From: a virus
Lineage: Duplodnaviria; Heunggongvirae; Uroviricota; Caudoviricetes
Virus record (IMG/VR): IMGVR_UViG_3300026472_000003
Span: 82,851-146,850 of that record
DNA: 64,000 bases
Reading direction: 5' to 3' (one strand)
Part shown: positions 9,488-20,663 of the stretch, piece by piece
How the letters are laid out: every line of letters starts with the position of its first letter
Numbering within the stretch: the stretch's first letter is position 1
Made by a program: the position numbers and the translations under genes
The notes under the pieces: model-generated
The model's database searches: none
The model's input: the letters and a program-made list of their open reading frames with translations, nothing else
What the model was told of the DNA's origin: nothing

Positions 9488-11665
9488 TTAAAAGGTAGGC
9501 CCCGTAGGGTTGATTGGGAGGTAATATGTCGCAACTTGCTGAGGGGGTGATATATTGTTACTAAATACAACTGAATTACCCGCCGGGGACTGGTTAAATC
9601 CTCCGCCATAGTTCCCTATAATCATGGCGTTGGTCAGCAAAGATGAAAGAGAAGACACACCTGAAAGTTGGTTATTTAAGAGGTAAACTTTACTATTGCT
9701 TTGCAGTCTGAGCGGTCTATTGCAAACACACCCTTGTAATTGAATACCTGTAGGTGTAGTCACCCCCCCTCCAGCAACACCTCCAACGAGCACGCTATAC
9801 TCATCTGACGAATATAGGTTACTGGATTTGACGACCAACTGCACATCAAAATTATCCGATGTAGCGATGGCCTCCACCGATACTGGTCTCTTAACTGTCG
9901 CTCTATCAGTCCTTAATTTATTGATGATAACGCCTTTCGCCTCTCTTGCTAACCTGACGCCAGACTCAGCAACTGTACCAACCAGGTCCATCTGGTTTAT
10001 ATTTACGCCGCTTGCCTTGCTGTCGATAGTAACTCCATACGTTATCACCCCGCCTTTAATATTAATTTGATCAAGTGTTACCCCGCCGGTGCCTTCGCCG
10101 ATGATATTTACTACGTATAACCCTGATGGGTTCACGCTATCAATTTTACCAACTGTTAGGTTTTGTGAGCCTAGATATACACCCAGGGCAGCAGGTGAAC
10201 CAGATGTACGGATCGATCCAACCTGCCAGTCATAATCTGATTTATAACTGGCATTTCCTAGACTTACAGCTACCTCACCACCGAAAGCCTCTACTGCGTC
10301 AATAATAACGCTGTGAGAGTTCATACCATGCCCGTTCAATGCATTTCCTGATGCCGTTGTCGAATTTAGAGTAACTGACCGTCCTTGCACAACGCTTGTA
10401 CCTGATGCCAGATCGCAAACATGTCTGTTATTCAGGCCATATGCTCGATTAAATTTAAAAACCGATACAGATTTTAGGACTAAAGTATTTCCCCGCCCAC
10501 TTGTAACATTCGATGGGGATAATCCAAGTATTCTGTCTGTTGTTATGTTAAATGAATCCTCTACAGTAACTGAGTTACCGCCGAACTTTTCAGACGTGAC
10601 CATCCCGTGATGATGACAATTCCTTGCCCTCATAATGAGTATCGTAGGAGATCTCAAGTCCCTTGATGTTTCATGTTTACATGTAAAATCCCCGTAGATA
10701 TTGGAGTTTTCACATGGAATTACCACTGTCACTTTAGCATTGTTATCGACCGTGTAATTATAGCACAATTCGGATTCAAGCGTTAAAGTGTCGCCACTCA
10801 CCTGTATAACCTTCAAAAGCTGACGCGCATAACTTGATGTGTCCATCACTGCAGCTACATCTTGAGATAGAATAATGCTGTCACCAGGCCTGAAAATAGC
10901 CCCGTTGTCTACAGTTAGAAATCGTGAAGATACGGCGGCATTAACAGCCAGTTTCGACTCCGTTGTAGTAGTGCTCCCTACCATCTCGAAGGCACCAATA
11001 TACTGTGAGCTAAATGACGTTGCTTCTCGCATTTCTGAATACAAGATGGTAGGGTTTCCGTAAATGTACAGATTTGTATTACTGGGAATCTGCACACCTT
11101 TCATCATGTTTAATGTTTCAATCCCTTTGATGTATATATTCTTTACGCCTTTATTAACGATAGCGTTAAGAATCACGCTCGCATCAGGTACTGACTCTAC
11201 CAACCCGAAGCCTCTGGCATCACCATCCTTTGCCAATTCGTCATTCAGCCATCCATCCCCTGGTACGCTTCCCGCCACCACAACCTTCGGAAACGACTTA
11301 GTCCAGCGGTACTCGATGCCGTTATACACCACGGTTTCCAGCCCGTGATAGACCGTAAAGCCTTTGACAAAGCTGTACTGAGACCTTTTCTGGAAATTTC
11401 CTCGTTCAACGTTGAACTGTGTGAGATTGAGGCTCTGTTTGTCCGTCACCAGCATTGGAGGGTTGAACGACATCACGATTTCGTCTGTAATAGTCGGGAT
11501 GAACCAGCTCATCGCTGTCCCGACGTGATGGATAACCTGAATATCGTTCAGGGACTTGACAGTGTCACTGAATGCGATAGCAGATGATGGCACTTTCAGC
11601 GCTTGACTCAGTGCTTGTATAAGAGCTGGTCTTGCGACCAGCCCGTTTGGGGTGTTTATTGGCAT
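9488..11665 (-). CDS. tailspike-like protein (probable right-handed beta-helix)
   Basis: 725 aa, long G/N/S/V-rich repeats. Confidence 0.4.
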   Translation of the reverse strand: MPINTPNGLVARPALIQALSQALKVPSSAIAFSDTVKSLNDIQVIHHVGTAMSWFIPTITDEIVMSFNPPMLVTDKQSLNLTQFNVERGNFQKRSQYSFVKGFTVYHGLETVVYNGIEYRWTKSFPKVVVAGSVPGDGWLNDELAKDGDARGFGLVESVPDASVILNAIVNKGVKNIYIKGIETLNMMKGVQIPSNTNLYIYGNPTILYSEMREATSFSSQYIGAFEMVGSTTTTESKLAVNAAVSSRFLTVDNGAIFRPGDSIILSQDVAAVMDTSSYARQLLKVIQVSGDTLTLESELCYNYTVDNNAKVTVVIPCENSNIYGDFTCKHETSRDLRSPTILIMRARNCHHHGMVTSEKFGGNSVTVEDSFNITTDRILGLSPSNVTSGRGNTLVLKSVSVFKFNRAYGLNNRHVCDLASGTSVVQGRSVTLNSTTASGNALNGHGMNSHSVIIDAVEAFGGEVAVSLGNASYKSDYDWQVGSIRTSGSPAALGVYLGSQNLTVGKIDSVNPSGLYVVNIIGEGTGGVTLDQINIKGGVITYGVTIDSKASGVNINQMDLVGTVAESGVRLAREAKGVIINKLRTDRATVKRPVSVEAIATSDNFDVQLVVKSSNLYSSDEYSVLVGGVAGGGVTTPTGIQLQGCVCNRPLRLQSNSKVYLLNNQLSGVSSLSSLLTNAMIIGNYGGGFNQSPAGNSVVFSNNISPPQQVATYYLPINPTGPTF

Positions 11666-11683
11666 TATTTGTTACCCTTATGA

Positions 11684-14338
11684 TTATACTGACGCCCATG
11701 CACCATTCTTCAAAACCCAGAATGCTGGTGTTGCTGTAACGGTACCCATATTCCAGACTACTGATCCAGGCTGATAAGATAAATCTGTTGGCCTTTCATA
11801 GCCCCTGCCATCAAGATGCGGGGTAGCTTTGACCTGCGATATTGTCACAGGCCCCTGAGGTATTGTTGTTGAGTTAATGATAACCAAGCCGTTATCGTAA
11901 TCGACATAGCGAATATATGTGCTTGAGCTGCCGACTATTAACGCATCACCACCATTGAACTTGTAGCATTCATCTTTTGTATCTAAAGTAATAACTCCAG
12001 AATTTGACAGGGTGCCAGATATGTTTGTTGCAGGCTCAACATAAAGCCGGAACTGATTAGTCCCGTTGTATGTTAAAACGCCCCTCCCACTAATTATCCT
12101 CGCCCCAAAGTAAGTTTCACCTGAAGCAGGTATTACATTCTGAACCCCGTCATATAGACCATGGGTAGACAGTGTTTTCGATGCGAACGGGTTTGTGCTT
12201 CTAGCTGCACGAACACCAGTGTGTACAGGCTTACCCTGCCAAAAAACCGTAGTGAGGCTATCGTTTTGTCTGTATATGTAGGAGTATATATCGGACACTA
12301 GATATAATGCACATTTTCGTATTCCAGCCCATGCATTACCTTCCATAATTATACCTGAAACGGCGTTGAAACATTTAACCACGTAGTCGTAATCTCTAGC
12401 AGTCGTATTTCTCATAGTGAATCCGCGCACACTACCTTCAAATGCACCACCTAACTCAATACAAACAGTTTTGCTTGATGGGCCTTTTTCGAAATAGCCT
12501 TCAAACTGTACGGCTATGACCCTATCAATCCTCATTGTCGTGCCGTCAAACCTTGGCTTCCCGGTAATATTAATACCATACCCGTGATACTGATTAGTAG
12601 GGATTGTAGTAGGGAATCTGTCGTCTCCGATGTCCAGTGAGTACCGGGAATTGTTAAACCAGTCACCCCCGTTTATTGAGAGGGTATTAATTTCTCGCTG
12701 AAAGCTAGGTGAGTATGCGCTAAGGCCAGTCTCACCATTAATCCCCTGACACTGATTTAATGTGCAAGAGTAGCTTGTTATCTGCCAGTTTATTGGGAAC
12801 TTTGTTGCAATCACCTGATTGCAAACCATTTCAGGAACGTCAACTCTTATACCAACAAGCAATCCGCTCGGTGAGTTTACTCGCAGGTCGTTCATGACCC
12901 TAAATCCACCAACCCCTATTCTATTCCTTGTTAGATTGACACAAGTTTCAGAAGGCCAGTGCAAGTCTGGTTCAACTAGTTTTGGTATTAAGCTAAAATC
13001 CTCACCTAGCACGCGAGAATTTAACGTCACCTCAGATGTGAAATAAAATGTCCCAGAACCCTTGAGTGTCAGACCTTCTGACACGCAGTATTCGTCAGCC
13101 ATTCTTATCCCCTCTGTTGCGTCACTTCTATCCGTGACGAAACCGAGGAGCTGCCCATTGATTCTAAGGTTGTAATTTTCAGTGCTGACGTATTCAAAAA
13201 CCCCTGAGGAAGTCGTAACATCCCATCCACCATGAGCGTTCTGTGTGATATCAGATACAACCCCTGATGGCTCGACACCCACCCAGGGCATAGCAGAGAA
13301 AGTCCCGCTGCTTGTGACAAGGGATACTTCATTTGAATAAGCGGCTAGCCTGCTACCTAAGGCCACGGTGCGCCTACCCAATGGACACCACCCCTCACCC
13401 ACTGGCTTATCGCCAGCATTGACGGTCTTCGGGTAAGCACCGGCCCAGAACCACCAGCTTTTAGTCTCTGGGTCGTAGATGTGGTCATTCACGGAACCCA
13501 GTCGAGCGCCAGCCTGGAAGCTGAACCCCTGCATGGCATTAGGAAGAAGCCCTTCTATACTTTTGAAAGCAACATGGAATACAAGAGTCTCACCACCTAA
13601 AGTAACTTCTCCATCCCTTAAAGTTACTGTCTTCGTGGTGGGGTTATAATCATAGTTCAGTCCGTCGTATTGGAGGGCCGAACCCAGCGACAAGGTTTTA
13701 ACCGATGTAGCGGGATATGGTACAACGAACGAGTTCAGACCCGCAGCAACAGGTTGGCCTCCGTTATAAGCAACAGCAAAAGTATCTGACCCCTCAGCCA
13801 CTTTATTGTCTAAATCTTTTAATTTCTCTTCGACGGTTGTCCCGAAGGAGGTTCCTACGTGGGAAGCCCCGCTACTGCTGGCGAGAATTGAAGTCAGGGA
13901 GGTTATGTCCGCACCTTCCACAGTCACGCACACTGCCTCCACTAAGATGAATCCCTCCTCAGTGTTGTCAATATCCTCTTGCGTTATTCTCTCTGCCAAT
14001 GTTATGGTAGAGGTAGTAGGGGAGTATGTATATCCATAATTCAATCCTTGGCGAGCGGACGCAACATACAAAGCAGGCACAGAGTAGACCTTCTCAGCCC
14101 CTGGGATAACTAGCGTAGAGGTTGGAATTCTGACCTCGAAGAATACAGACTTTGAAGAGAAATCGGCGTCCGTGCCCGTCTTAATGTTGAGGGATTTGAT
14201 CATCTCCCCTGCGTTTATTACTTTTGTTCCGGCTGCTTGGTCAATTACAATGTCGTCATCTTTAGACATAGTCTTGACTCTAGGTAAATCTTTTATCTTG
14301 ATAGGGATGAGCGCCATTGCATTTCCTTTTCTAGTCAT
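11684..14338 (-). CDS. large tail/baseplate structural protein
   Basis: 884 aa, downstream of the gp25-like gene. Confidence 0.35.
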   Translation of the reverse strand: MTRKGNAMALIPIKIKDLPRVKTMSKDDDIVIDQAAGTKVINAGEMIKSLNIKTGTDADFSSKSVFFEVRIPTSTLVIPGAEKVYSVPALYVASARQGLNYGYTYSPTTSTITLAERITQEDIDNTEEGFILVEAVCVTVEGADITSLTSILASSSGASHVGTSFGTTVEEKLKDLDNKVAEGSDTFAVAYNGGQPVAAGLNSFVVPYPATSVKTLSLGSALQYDGLNYDYNPTTKTVTLRDGEVTLGGETLVFHVAFKSIEGLLPNAMQGFSFQAGARLGSVNDHIYDPETKSWWFWAGAYPKTVNAGDKPVGEGWCPLGRRTVALGSRLAAYSNEVSLVTSSGTFSAMPWVGVEPSGVVSDITQNAHGGWDVTTSSGVFEYVSTENYNLRINGQLLGFVTDRSDATEGIRMADEYCVSEGLTLKGSGTFYFTSEVTLNSRVLGEDFSLIPKLVEPDLHWPSETCVNLTRNRIGVGGFRVMNDLRVNSPSGLLVGIRVDVPEMVCNQVIATKFPINWQITSYSCTLNQCQGINGETGLSAYSPSFQREINTLSINGGDWFNNSRYSLDIGDDRFPTTIPTNQYHGYGINITGKPRFDGTTMRIDRVIAVQFEGYFEKGPSSKTVCIELGGAFEGSVRGFTMRNTTARDYDYVVKCFNAVSGIIMEGNAWAGIRKCALYLVSDIYSYIYRQNDSLTTVFWQGKPVHTGVRAARSTNPFASKTLSTHGLYDGVQNVIPASGETYFGARIISGRGVLTYNGTNQFRLYVEPATNISGTLSNSGVITLDTKDECYKFNGGDALIVGSSSTYIRYVDYDNGLVIINSTTIPQGPVTISQVKATPHLDGRGYERPTDLSYQPGSVVWNMGTVTATPAFWVLKNGAWASV

Positions 14339-14354
14339 AAGGTAAGAGGTAAGA

Positions 14355-14978
14355 TTAACTTTTGTTATAATTTACCTTAATAGGTTCATTGTCCTGCGTT
14401 AATACCACCTCTCCAGAAGAAGTACCCAGAACGAGGTCTGGACGAGTGACTTCTCCTTGCCAGGTGTTATACCATGTGGAGTCACCTGGTCTTGGAAGCC
14501 TGAAATTCACAAGGTAGTATAGTTTATTAGACCAAACAATCCATCCATCATCCCCGCATAGGGAGGAGAGGGGTTTTCCGTTTCCGGGGTCAGGGTATGA
14601 GTAGTCCAGTGACCCTACGAAGGCTATTCTTACTATTTCTTGTTCCAAAGTCAGGACTTCAAAGTAAGCCTCGTAAGATCTACCTCTCCTGTCCATAAGA
14701 GAGGAGAAGTTGTTTACTGAAACAACATCTGGCTCTAGTCTTGTTGTTTCTTTTATCTTGTTGTCCAAGACAGCCTTCATCACTTTCTGGCCTAAGTACG
14801 TCCGGTAAGGGAACCCTAACGTCTCATCAAAATACCAATCACCCTGCCAAACGTTGAACCTCATCCAGAGTCGCTGCCTCAAGCTGACAACGTTGGACTC
14901 GATAAGTTGAAGACCGACTGAGACATCCAAGTCACCTGTGGTTGGGTCAATCAGTAGGTCGCTGTAAAAAGTTGCCAT
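14355..14978 (-). CDS. baseplate wedge protein (gp25/W-like)
   Basis: 207 aa, sits between the spike-like gene and the large structural gene. Confidence 0.3.
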   Translation of the reverse strand: MATFYSDLLIDPTTGDLDVSVGLQLIESNVVSLRQRLWMRFNVWQGDWYFDETLGFPYRTYLGQKVMKAVLDNKIKETTRLEPDVVSVNNFSSLMDRRGRSYEAYFEVLTLEQEIVRIAFVGSLDYSYPDPGNGKPLSSLCGDDGWIVWSNKLYYLVNFRLPRPGDSTWYNTWQGEVTRPDLVLGTSSGEVVLTQDNEPIKVNYNKS

Positions 14979-14987
14979 TGACCTTCC

Positions 14988-15692
14988 TTATTGTGCTGTT
15001 GGTGGGTTGGTGACGCCTTCCCCTGCCGGATCAGTCCATGTGTAAGGATGTCCATGCCGTTTGAACCATTGGAATAATTCATCTAAATTTGTCCCTTCCT
15101 TGGTTATCACATTTCCATTTGGGGTTATTTTAGCGCCATTAACATCGAAATAACCATCTGCTGTAACTGACATTTTAGCAGATCCATTGGAAAATGTCCA
15201 TACCCCAGCTTTGTTGATGGTCATCTCCGATCCCGGAGTCTTTAATGTATAATCCCCTTCTGGTGTCATGCTGAAATGGACTTGATCATTCCACAACTCC
15301 ACGTTTTCTGGATGAATGGCTGTGGCGTTGCCGTCAGAGAAAATCTGACTAACAGCCCAGCCTGCAAACAACCCGTGGGTAGACATATCATACTTGTCTC
15401 CGTCGTTTCTTTCAGAGAAAGAGAGACCTACCTTGTCACCTGCCTTGATAGGCATCGTGAGCCTAGCCTTACCCGCATTGCCAGAGGGCATCTGCAAGGG
15501 AACATCAAAGATTGCTGGGTAGCTATCGAATGTACCGTCAGAAAATTCTGTGCTCGCATCCGGCTGAACTGTGACAGAAGGGACACTGTAGTCAACATCC
15601 ACAACTGTCCCTCTTATGTTTGTATGGAAATCCCTGAGTGTTTTGTTAATAAACATCCCAAGGGCTGCATCCATTCTTTGAATTGCTGCCAT
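14988..15692 (-). CDS. baseplate spike / gpV-like protein
   Basis: 234 aa. Order matches a Mu/P2-type baseplate module. Confidence 0.3.
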   Translation of the reverse strand: MAAIQRMDAALGMFINKTLRDFHTNIRGTVVDVDYSVPSVTVQPDASTEFSDGTFDSYPAIFDVPLQMPSGNAGKARLTMPIKAGDKVGLSFSERNDGDKYDMSTHGLFAGWAVSQIFSDGNATAIHPENVELWNDQVHFSMTPEGDYTLKTPGSEMTINKAGVWTFSNGSAKMSVTADGYFDVNGAKITPNGNVITKEGTNLDELFQWFKRHGHPYTWTDPAGEGVTNPPTAQ

Positions 15693-16684
15693 TATTCCTC
15701 CACTACTCCGCCACGGGCCTCTGATAATCCAAGCTCAGTAACCCAGTCACTCCCCTCCAACTCACCTTTATGCGTCAGATAAACCACCTTGTAAAAGCCT
15801 GTGTACTTTAAACTCTTGAGGTAGATTGTGCTTTCAGGTATGATGGCCCCGTTAAGTTCAGTAGTTACTACCAAGCCAGCATCTTCCTTTATCTGAGCAG
15901 ACGTCCTTCTGGTGTCGGCATCCGCCTTTTTAGTCTTGGTTTTTTTATTTTTTTGTTTCTCCAATCTCCTCTTTGCTGGTTCAGGGTTCTGGGGTGTAGG
16001 GGAATCATGCATCCCTGTTTCAGCACTAATTTCAAAAACCGACTGTTTTAACCTTTTACCTTGCTTCGTCCAATACACCGCCCCATCTTGTACGCTGAAA
16101 GTTGAGCCTGTGTTGGTGGCGAGACGGTTCAGGTTATTGGCAGCGTTACCGGAGAAGGCCATGGCTTGTGTTGTTGTCTCAGCAACGAAAGGTACAACTC
16201 TACCATTTGGAAGAGAAAGGTCACTTATCAAGTCATTAAGGATGACATTTAAAGAGGTGCCTTTTCGATAAGACCGCGAAGTCTTGGCAGTAAGAAGATT
16301 TGTTGTGGCGTCACCAAGGATCATTTTTGTTTTTCTTGTGGGGCCTTCCCAAGAATCTTGGACAAACTCAATTGTACCTGAAAAGAGCATAGTATTTTGC
16401 CCATCAAACCCAGCTTCCAACATAACAGCCAAGGATTCCCTCTGATTAGCATCAAGGTAGTTGACTGTGTCCTCTGAGAGATTGTACACAGTAATATACC
16501 CCTTGTTAGGCTCTTTAGAGTTGTCCTTTTTTACCTCGAATTGAATATTAGCTTGCCCTACCTCATTGCTTATCACATATGCATTGCCGTCCCCAAGATG
16601 GTCTGCGATATTGGTGGCCTTGCTCCCTATATAGACGGGTCTACCGATAACCATACGGTAGGATCTCATCCTGTACTTAGCCAT
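15692..16684 (-). CDS. baseplate hub / tail protein
   Basis: 330 aa, K-rich C-terminus, follows the tape measure module. Confidence 0.3.
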   Translation of the reverse strand: MAKYRMRSYRMVIGRPVYIGSKATNIADHLGDGNAYVISNEVGQANIQFEVKKDNSKEPNKGYITVYNLSEDTVNYLDANQRESLAVMLEAGFDGQNTMLFSGTIEFVQDSWEGPTRKTKMILGDATTNLLTAKTSRSYRKGTSLNVILNDLISDLSLPNGRVVPFVAETTTQAMAFSGNAANNLNRLATNTGSTFSVQDGAVYWTKQGKRLKQSVFEISAETGMHDSPTPQNPEPAKRRLEKQKNKKTKTKKADADTRRTSAQIKEDAGLVVTTELNGAIIPESTIYLKSLKYTGFYKVVYLTHKGELEGSDWVTELGLSEARGGVVEE

Positions 16685-17031
16685 TATTCCTCCTCAAGGG
16701 CATCTTCCGGGGAGATATACACCAGTTGCAACTCGGACAAGAATCCGATATTATATCTCCCCACCCTTTTCTTATAGTTTTTGAATGAAATGACCATCAA
16801 CTCTCCTGATGGTATGTTCTCTAGGTACTGATAAGGAGCAAAGAAATCTACCATGGCTGAGAGCTTAAAGGAGATAGTAGGGTCTTCCCCCACCCCGCCA
16901 AAAGAGACAAGCCAAGACTCGTCTCTCTCGTTCCATTGGAACCTCATTTCATAGGTCTGACTATCCAAGACCACCCTCATTGTTTGGTCTGCGTAACCGT
17001 CAATATCCCAAGTGTGTGTGATTGTACCCAT
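16684..17031 (-). CDS. small tail protein
   Basis: 115-aa ORF with overlapping stop/start. Confidence 0.3.
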   Translation of the reverse strand: MGTITHTWDIDGYADQTMRVVLDSQTYEMRFQWNERDESWLVSFGGVGEDPTISFKLSAMVDFFAPYQYLENIPSGELMVISFKNYKKRVGRYNIGFLSELQLVYISPEDALEEE

Positions 17032-17049
17032 GAAGAATCCTTATATTTA

Positions 17050-17907
17050 TCAAGGCCTGTTTTCCGGCAGAATGTTCCCATTCAGGTCGGTTATCTTATT
17101 TGTCAAGGGGTCTAGTGTCCCACCTGGTTTATATGATGTTCCGCCCGGTATTTTCTCTGCCAAGGCATTGAGTGTGCTGTTCTTAGAGACTAAATTAGAT
17201 TGTTTCGTATACACAGTTATCTTCTCTTCCCCTGCTGTACTGTTTACAGCCCCTTTTTGTTTCGGTGTGGATTTTTTTGGGTCTGAATAGTTTGTCAATA
17301 CCGTCTTACCTAGAGTAAAGGTACGAAACTCTTCAAATTCCAAATTAAAAGAAAGAGAGTCTCCCTCCTCACTCTCCCTCACCGCCTCCATCGAGGTGCA
17401 GATATAATTCTCAAGGATCATATCCTCAGCCACCAAAGTGACCAACTCTCGTTGGTCAATCATCTGATTGAGAACTTCAAGAGCCTTCTGTGGTCTCTTC
17501 GACAATATCGGATTATTGGGGTCTGTATCCCTGTCAATGTAATTATTTTGAATCAGGTACATTGGAGAGCTGTTCACTCTTGCGGTGAAACTGAACTTAC
17601 CATCCGCTATCACAGCGTGGTCAGAAAACTTAACCTTATTTTCTGTGGCATATTGAGTCTTTTCCACTGACCTGTTATAACTGTGCTTCTCTACAACATC
17701 GAAGATGATGGCAAGGTCGGTGCTTGTGTTTTTGTTCTTTAGCTCAACATCCCTCCCTCCGTGATTAAGACCACTGGCAAACAGGGTGTATTGTTTTGCT
17801 GTCGCTGTTTTTTCTGCGGAGTCCCTTTTCTGGTTAACTCCTGCATCAAGTTTTTCAGTTGTAGCCATAAAAACCTCGTTATTTTTCCATCTTATCATGT
17901 ATGCCAA
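17050..17907 (-). CDS. tail-associated protein downstream of tape measure
   Basis: 285 aa. Confidence 0.3.
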   Translation of the reverse strand: MAYMIRWKNNEVFMATTEKLDAGVNQKRDSAEKTATAKQYTLFASGLNHGGRDVELKNKNTSTDLAIIFDVVEKHSYNRSVEKTQYATENKVKFSDHAVIADGKFSFTARVNSSPMYLIQNNYIDRDTDPNNPILSKRPQKALEVLNQMIDQRELVTLVAEDMILENYICTSMEAVRESEEGDSLSFNLEFEEFRTFTLGKTVLTNYSDPKKSTPKQKGAVNSTAGEEKITVYTKQSNLVSKNSTLNALAEKIPGGTSYKPGGTLDPLTNKITDLNGNILPENRP

Positions 17908-17941
17908 GATAGTACAATAAAAAGGGGCAAAGCCCCTCTTA

Positions 17942-20314
17942 TCAGAAGCTAGGAACGCCAGTGAGAAGATTTATATTCTCCGTTGCATAGGCCTCAAGTT
18001 TCTGGTCTATCAGATCATTAACAGCACTGTCATTGACAGTCGTGGTGACTTTTACCTCCACTTGCTGTGGGGCAATCGGGTATGGAGTTCCGTTTGCAGG
18101 GCTTGGTCTACCTAGCCCTGTCCGTGATAGGTAGTTCTCCCTAGCTTGGTCTTTACTTCCCATCAGCCCGTTCCACCATTGACCCAACATAGCTGATGAT
18201 ACCGCCATTAAATCTCCAGCACCACTGCTGTATGCATTTCCAAGGTCTCTCTGCTTCTCGTTTTTCTCTGCGTCAGACGAGAGGGTATAGTCGAGACCAT
18301 AGAGACCCGCGATGGCATAAGGGTTGATTGCAAGACCAAATAGGCCCCCTGGTTTTCTTGGATTACCATTTCCACCTGCTGCCCCTCCAGCAGCCCCAGC
18401 GGCTCCAGCCGTCGCGGCAGCACCAAATAACCATTTCAGAGACCCCTTGAGGCCTGCTATTTTGGTGAGGACTGTGAACAAACGCCTGACCACTAGAAAG
18501 AGAACCAGCCAACTTGCAATGCTTCCAGAGACGTCCCAAAACTTGTCAATTTCTTTTTTCTTAAGTCCAAGGGAGGCGAGACCCTCATCAATGATGAGAC
18601 CAATAAGGAAGAAAACATCATGCGTCACAGCAACAATCTCAGTGAGGTTGTTGATAAAACCTTGAGCAAACTTCCCGATGGCGCTGCTAGAACCAGTAGA
18701 ACCATGCAGAATTTTTGAGAATGTATTGAATAGGTTGGTCATAGCATCACCAAACCCCCCATCAAAAATCTCTGCTTGCCACACCTGCCAAGTCTGAGTT
18801 AATCTCTCCATGGCAACACGGTTAGATTTCATCTGTGCAGACAAGGCTCCGTTTTTTCTGGCTGTCTTGGCTAACTCATCCGCAACGTGAGGTAGGATAT
18901 CCTTAGCTAACAATTCCCCTTTTTGCATGAGATTCATCAACTCAGGAACCCCTATCTTGTCATCCTTGAAGTGGGTCTGAGCTGCCTTAACGAATGCTTG
19001 CAAGGCACCTGGTAATGCCTCTGCTAACTGTCCTTTCAATTCTTCCGCCATGATCTGGCCTTTACCAAGCATCTGCCCGATAGCCGTAATACCACGTTGG
19101 AATCTTACCGGGTCGGCACCAGAAGCGGTGGCGAACTCAGATAATGAAGTGAATAGCTTGTCGTTGTCGCCGTCAGATATGACTCCTTTGGAGTTTACCG
19201 CCATCTGGGCATAGCCTTTAGATGCCACTTTCAGGTCAAGACCTAACCTATAAGCCTCTGACTGAACAAACTTCATTTTCTTGCCTGCTTCCTCTGTTGA
19301 TTCAGATACCATCAACATTGTCGCTCTCGTACTCTCGAAGAATTGTCCGTTTTTAAGAACACTATTCCCTGCGCTGAACCCTGTATACGCAGCCGTCGCG
19401 GAAATAACACTGCTACGAAGGGAGTTCATACCCTGTGAGAGGCTTGTCGTGGCCTGCTGCCCAGCTCTTGCTTGGCGGATCATCTGCCCTATTTGGCTAT
19501 TGAACTCCGCAATATTACCAGACCTTAATTTAAAAGTCTCAGCCAATGTATCGAAACCGCGAGATTTCTTTCTCCAGTTCGCACCAAGAGCACCTTCCAA
19601 ACGCCTCTGGGCGTTAGCTACAACGATCTCTCTTCTCTTGAGAGCCTTTGCTGTGTCTGCTGTTTCTTTGTCTAGTGCTCTCTTTCTTCTCTCAGCGTCT
19701 TTGCTACTCCTCGCGGCCTCCCTCTCGTCTGCTTTCCTTTTCTGTTCAGCATAGCGATTCATCTCTGCAATCTGTCTCGCCACGACTTTTGGGTCTGGCG
19801 GGGTACGAGGCCCAAAACTATTAATTCCAGAGGGCTTATATCCACCAGGTAGGGGTTTTGCGGAGGAGATGGTGCGAGGAGGTCTATGAACCTCAGGGCC
19901 AAGTTGCCTTTGTAATTGCTTGAAGTGGTCTCTTAAGTTACCATACTCTGCTTTTGATTCTGGGGTGCGTCTTGAATAAATTCTACTGACAGCATCCTTT
20001 CTTCTCTGGTTCTCAACTCGATCTATTACTCTACGGGCTGCGGCTTCTTTCTTAGCCATCGCTATTGCATGTGCGGTGGTCTTAGCCGCCTCAGCTCTTT
20101 GTGTCTGGGCGAGGCGTTTGGAAACCAGCTTCGCTTGTGCAGAAGCACTTATAAGTTTTTGGGCGGGGTTGGCTTTCTTAGCCATCGCTTTATTGACACC
20201 TTCCCACTCTTTCTTTAGGGATTTTACTTGCTTTAGCGCCCTACCATATGCGGATTTGTCTACCTGCCACGTAACTTTGTTGACTGTGGTGGTGACGATA
20301 ATGTTACCTGCCAT
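17942..20314 (-). CDS. tail tape measure protein
   Basis: 790 aa, A/K/Q/R-rich coiled-coil N-terminal half, Gly-rich hydrophobic stretch (GAAGAAGGAAGG), placed after the chaperone pair. Confidence 0.7.
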   Translation of the reverse strand: MAGNIIVTTTVNKVTWQVDKSAYGRALKQVKSLKKEWEGVNKAMAKKANPAQKLISASAQAKLVSKRLAQTQRAEAAKTTAHAIAMAKKEAAARRVIDRVENQRRKDAVSRIYSRRTPESKAEYGNLRDHFKQLQRQLGPEVHRPPRTISSAKPLPGGYKPSGINSFGPRTPPDPKVVARQIAEMNRYAEQKRKADEREAARSSKDAERRKRALDKETADTAKALKRREIVVANAQRRLEGALGANWRKKSRGFDTLAETFKLRSGNIAEFNSQIGQMIRQARAGQQATTSLSQGMNSLRSSVISATAAYTGFSAGNSVLKNGQFFESTRATMLMVSESTEEAGKKMKFVQSEAYRLGLDLKVASKGYAQMAVNSKGVISDGDNDKLFTSLSEFATASGADPVRFQRGITAIGQMLGKGQIMAEELKGQLAEALPGALQAFVKAAQTHFKDDKIGVPELMNLMQKGELLAKDILPHVADELAKTARKNGALSAQMKSNRVAMERLTQTWQVWQAEIFDGGFGDAMTNLFNTFSKILHGSTGSSSAIGKFAQGFINNLTEIVAVTHDVFFLIGLIIDEGLASLGLKKKEIDKFWDVSGSIASWLVLFLVVRRLFTVLTKIAGLKGSLKWLFGAAATAGAAGAAGGAAGGNGNPRKPGGLFGLAINPYAIAGLYGLDYTLSSDAEKNEKQRDLGNAYSSGAGDLMAVSSAMLGQWWNGLMGSKDQARENYLSRTGLGRPSPANGTPYPIAPQQVEVKVTTTVNDSAVNDLIDQKLEAYATENINLLTGVPSF

Positions 20315-20391
20315 TGATTTCCTCTCATTAAAAAAGCCAGACTCCCGAAAAGGAATCTGGCTTGAGATTAACCTCTTCTGCCTGAACGCAC

Positions 20392-20643
20392 TTACCTGCG
20401 ACGGGTTGCTTTATTATTAGCCGCGTCAGCTTTCGCTTTAGCTTCACCGTCTCTGTCACTCGTCTCGGTGATAAAATCGTCGATGTCGAGGTATTCATTC
20501 AGTTTCAGAAGATAGGCCATGTCGGCGCTCTCAAGGGAAGAGAAGTTCTCTCCCTTGAAGCCTTTCAAGGCTCTACACCACAAATAATCGAACCATGACA
20601 GGGAGCTATTTTTCTGTGCATACTCAATAGCTCTTAAAACCAC
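20392..20643 (-). CDS. tail assembly chaperone -1 frameshift extension (G-T-like product)
   Basis: The -1 frame stays open from the slippery site T-TTT-TTC (20757-20763) through this ORF. Confidence 0.45.
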   Translation of the reverse strand: MVLRAIEYAQKNSSLSWFDYLWCRALKGFKGENFSSLESADMAYLLKLNEYLDIDDFITETSDRDGEAKAKADAANNKATRRR

Positions 20644-20663
20644 TTTCGATACTTTGGACGGTA

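Noticed and set aside
18324-18665. Plus-strand ORF with an Ala/Pro-rich run (AAPPAAPAAPAVAAAP)
   Set aside because: It is the antisense translation of the Gly-rich (GAAGAAGG) segment of the tape measure gene.
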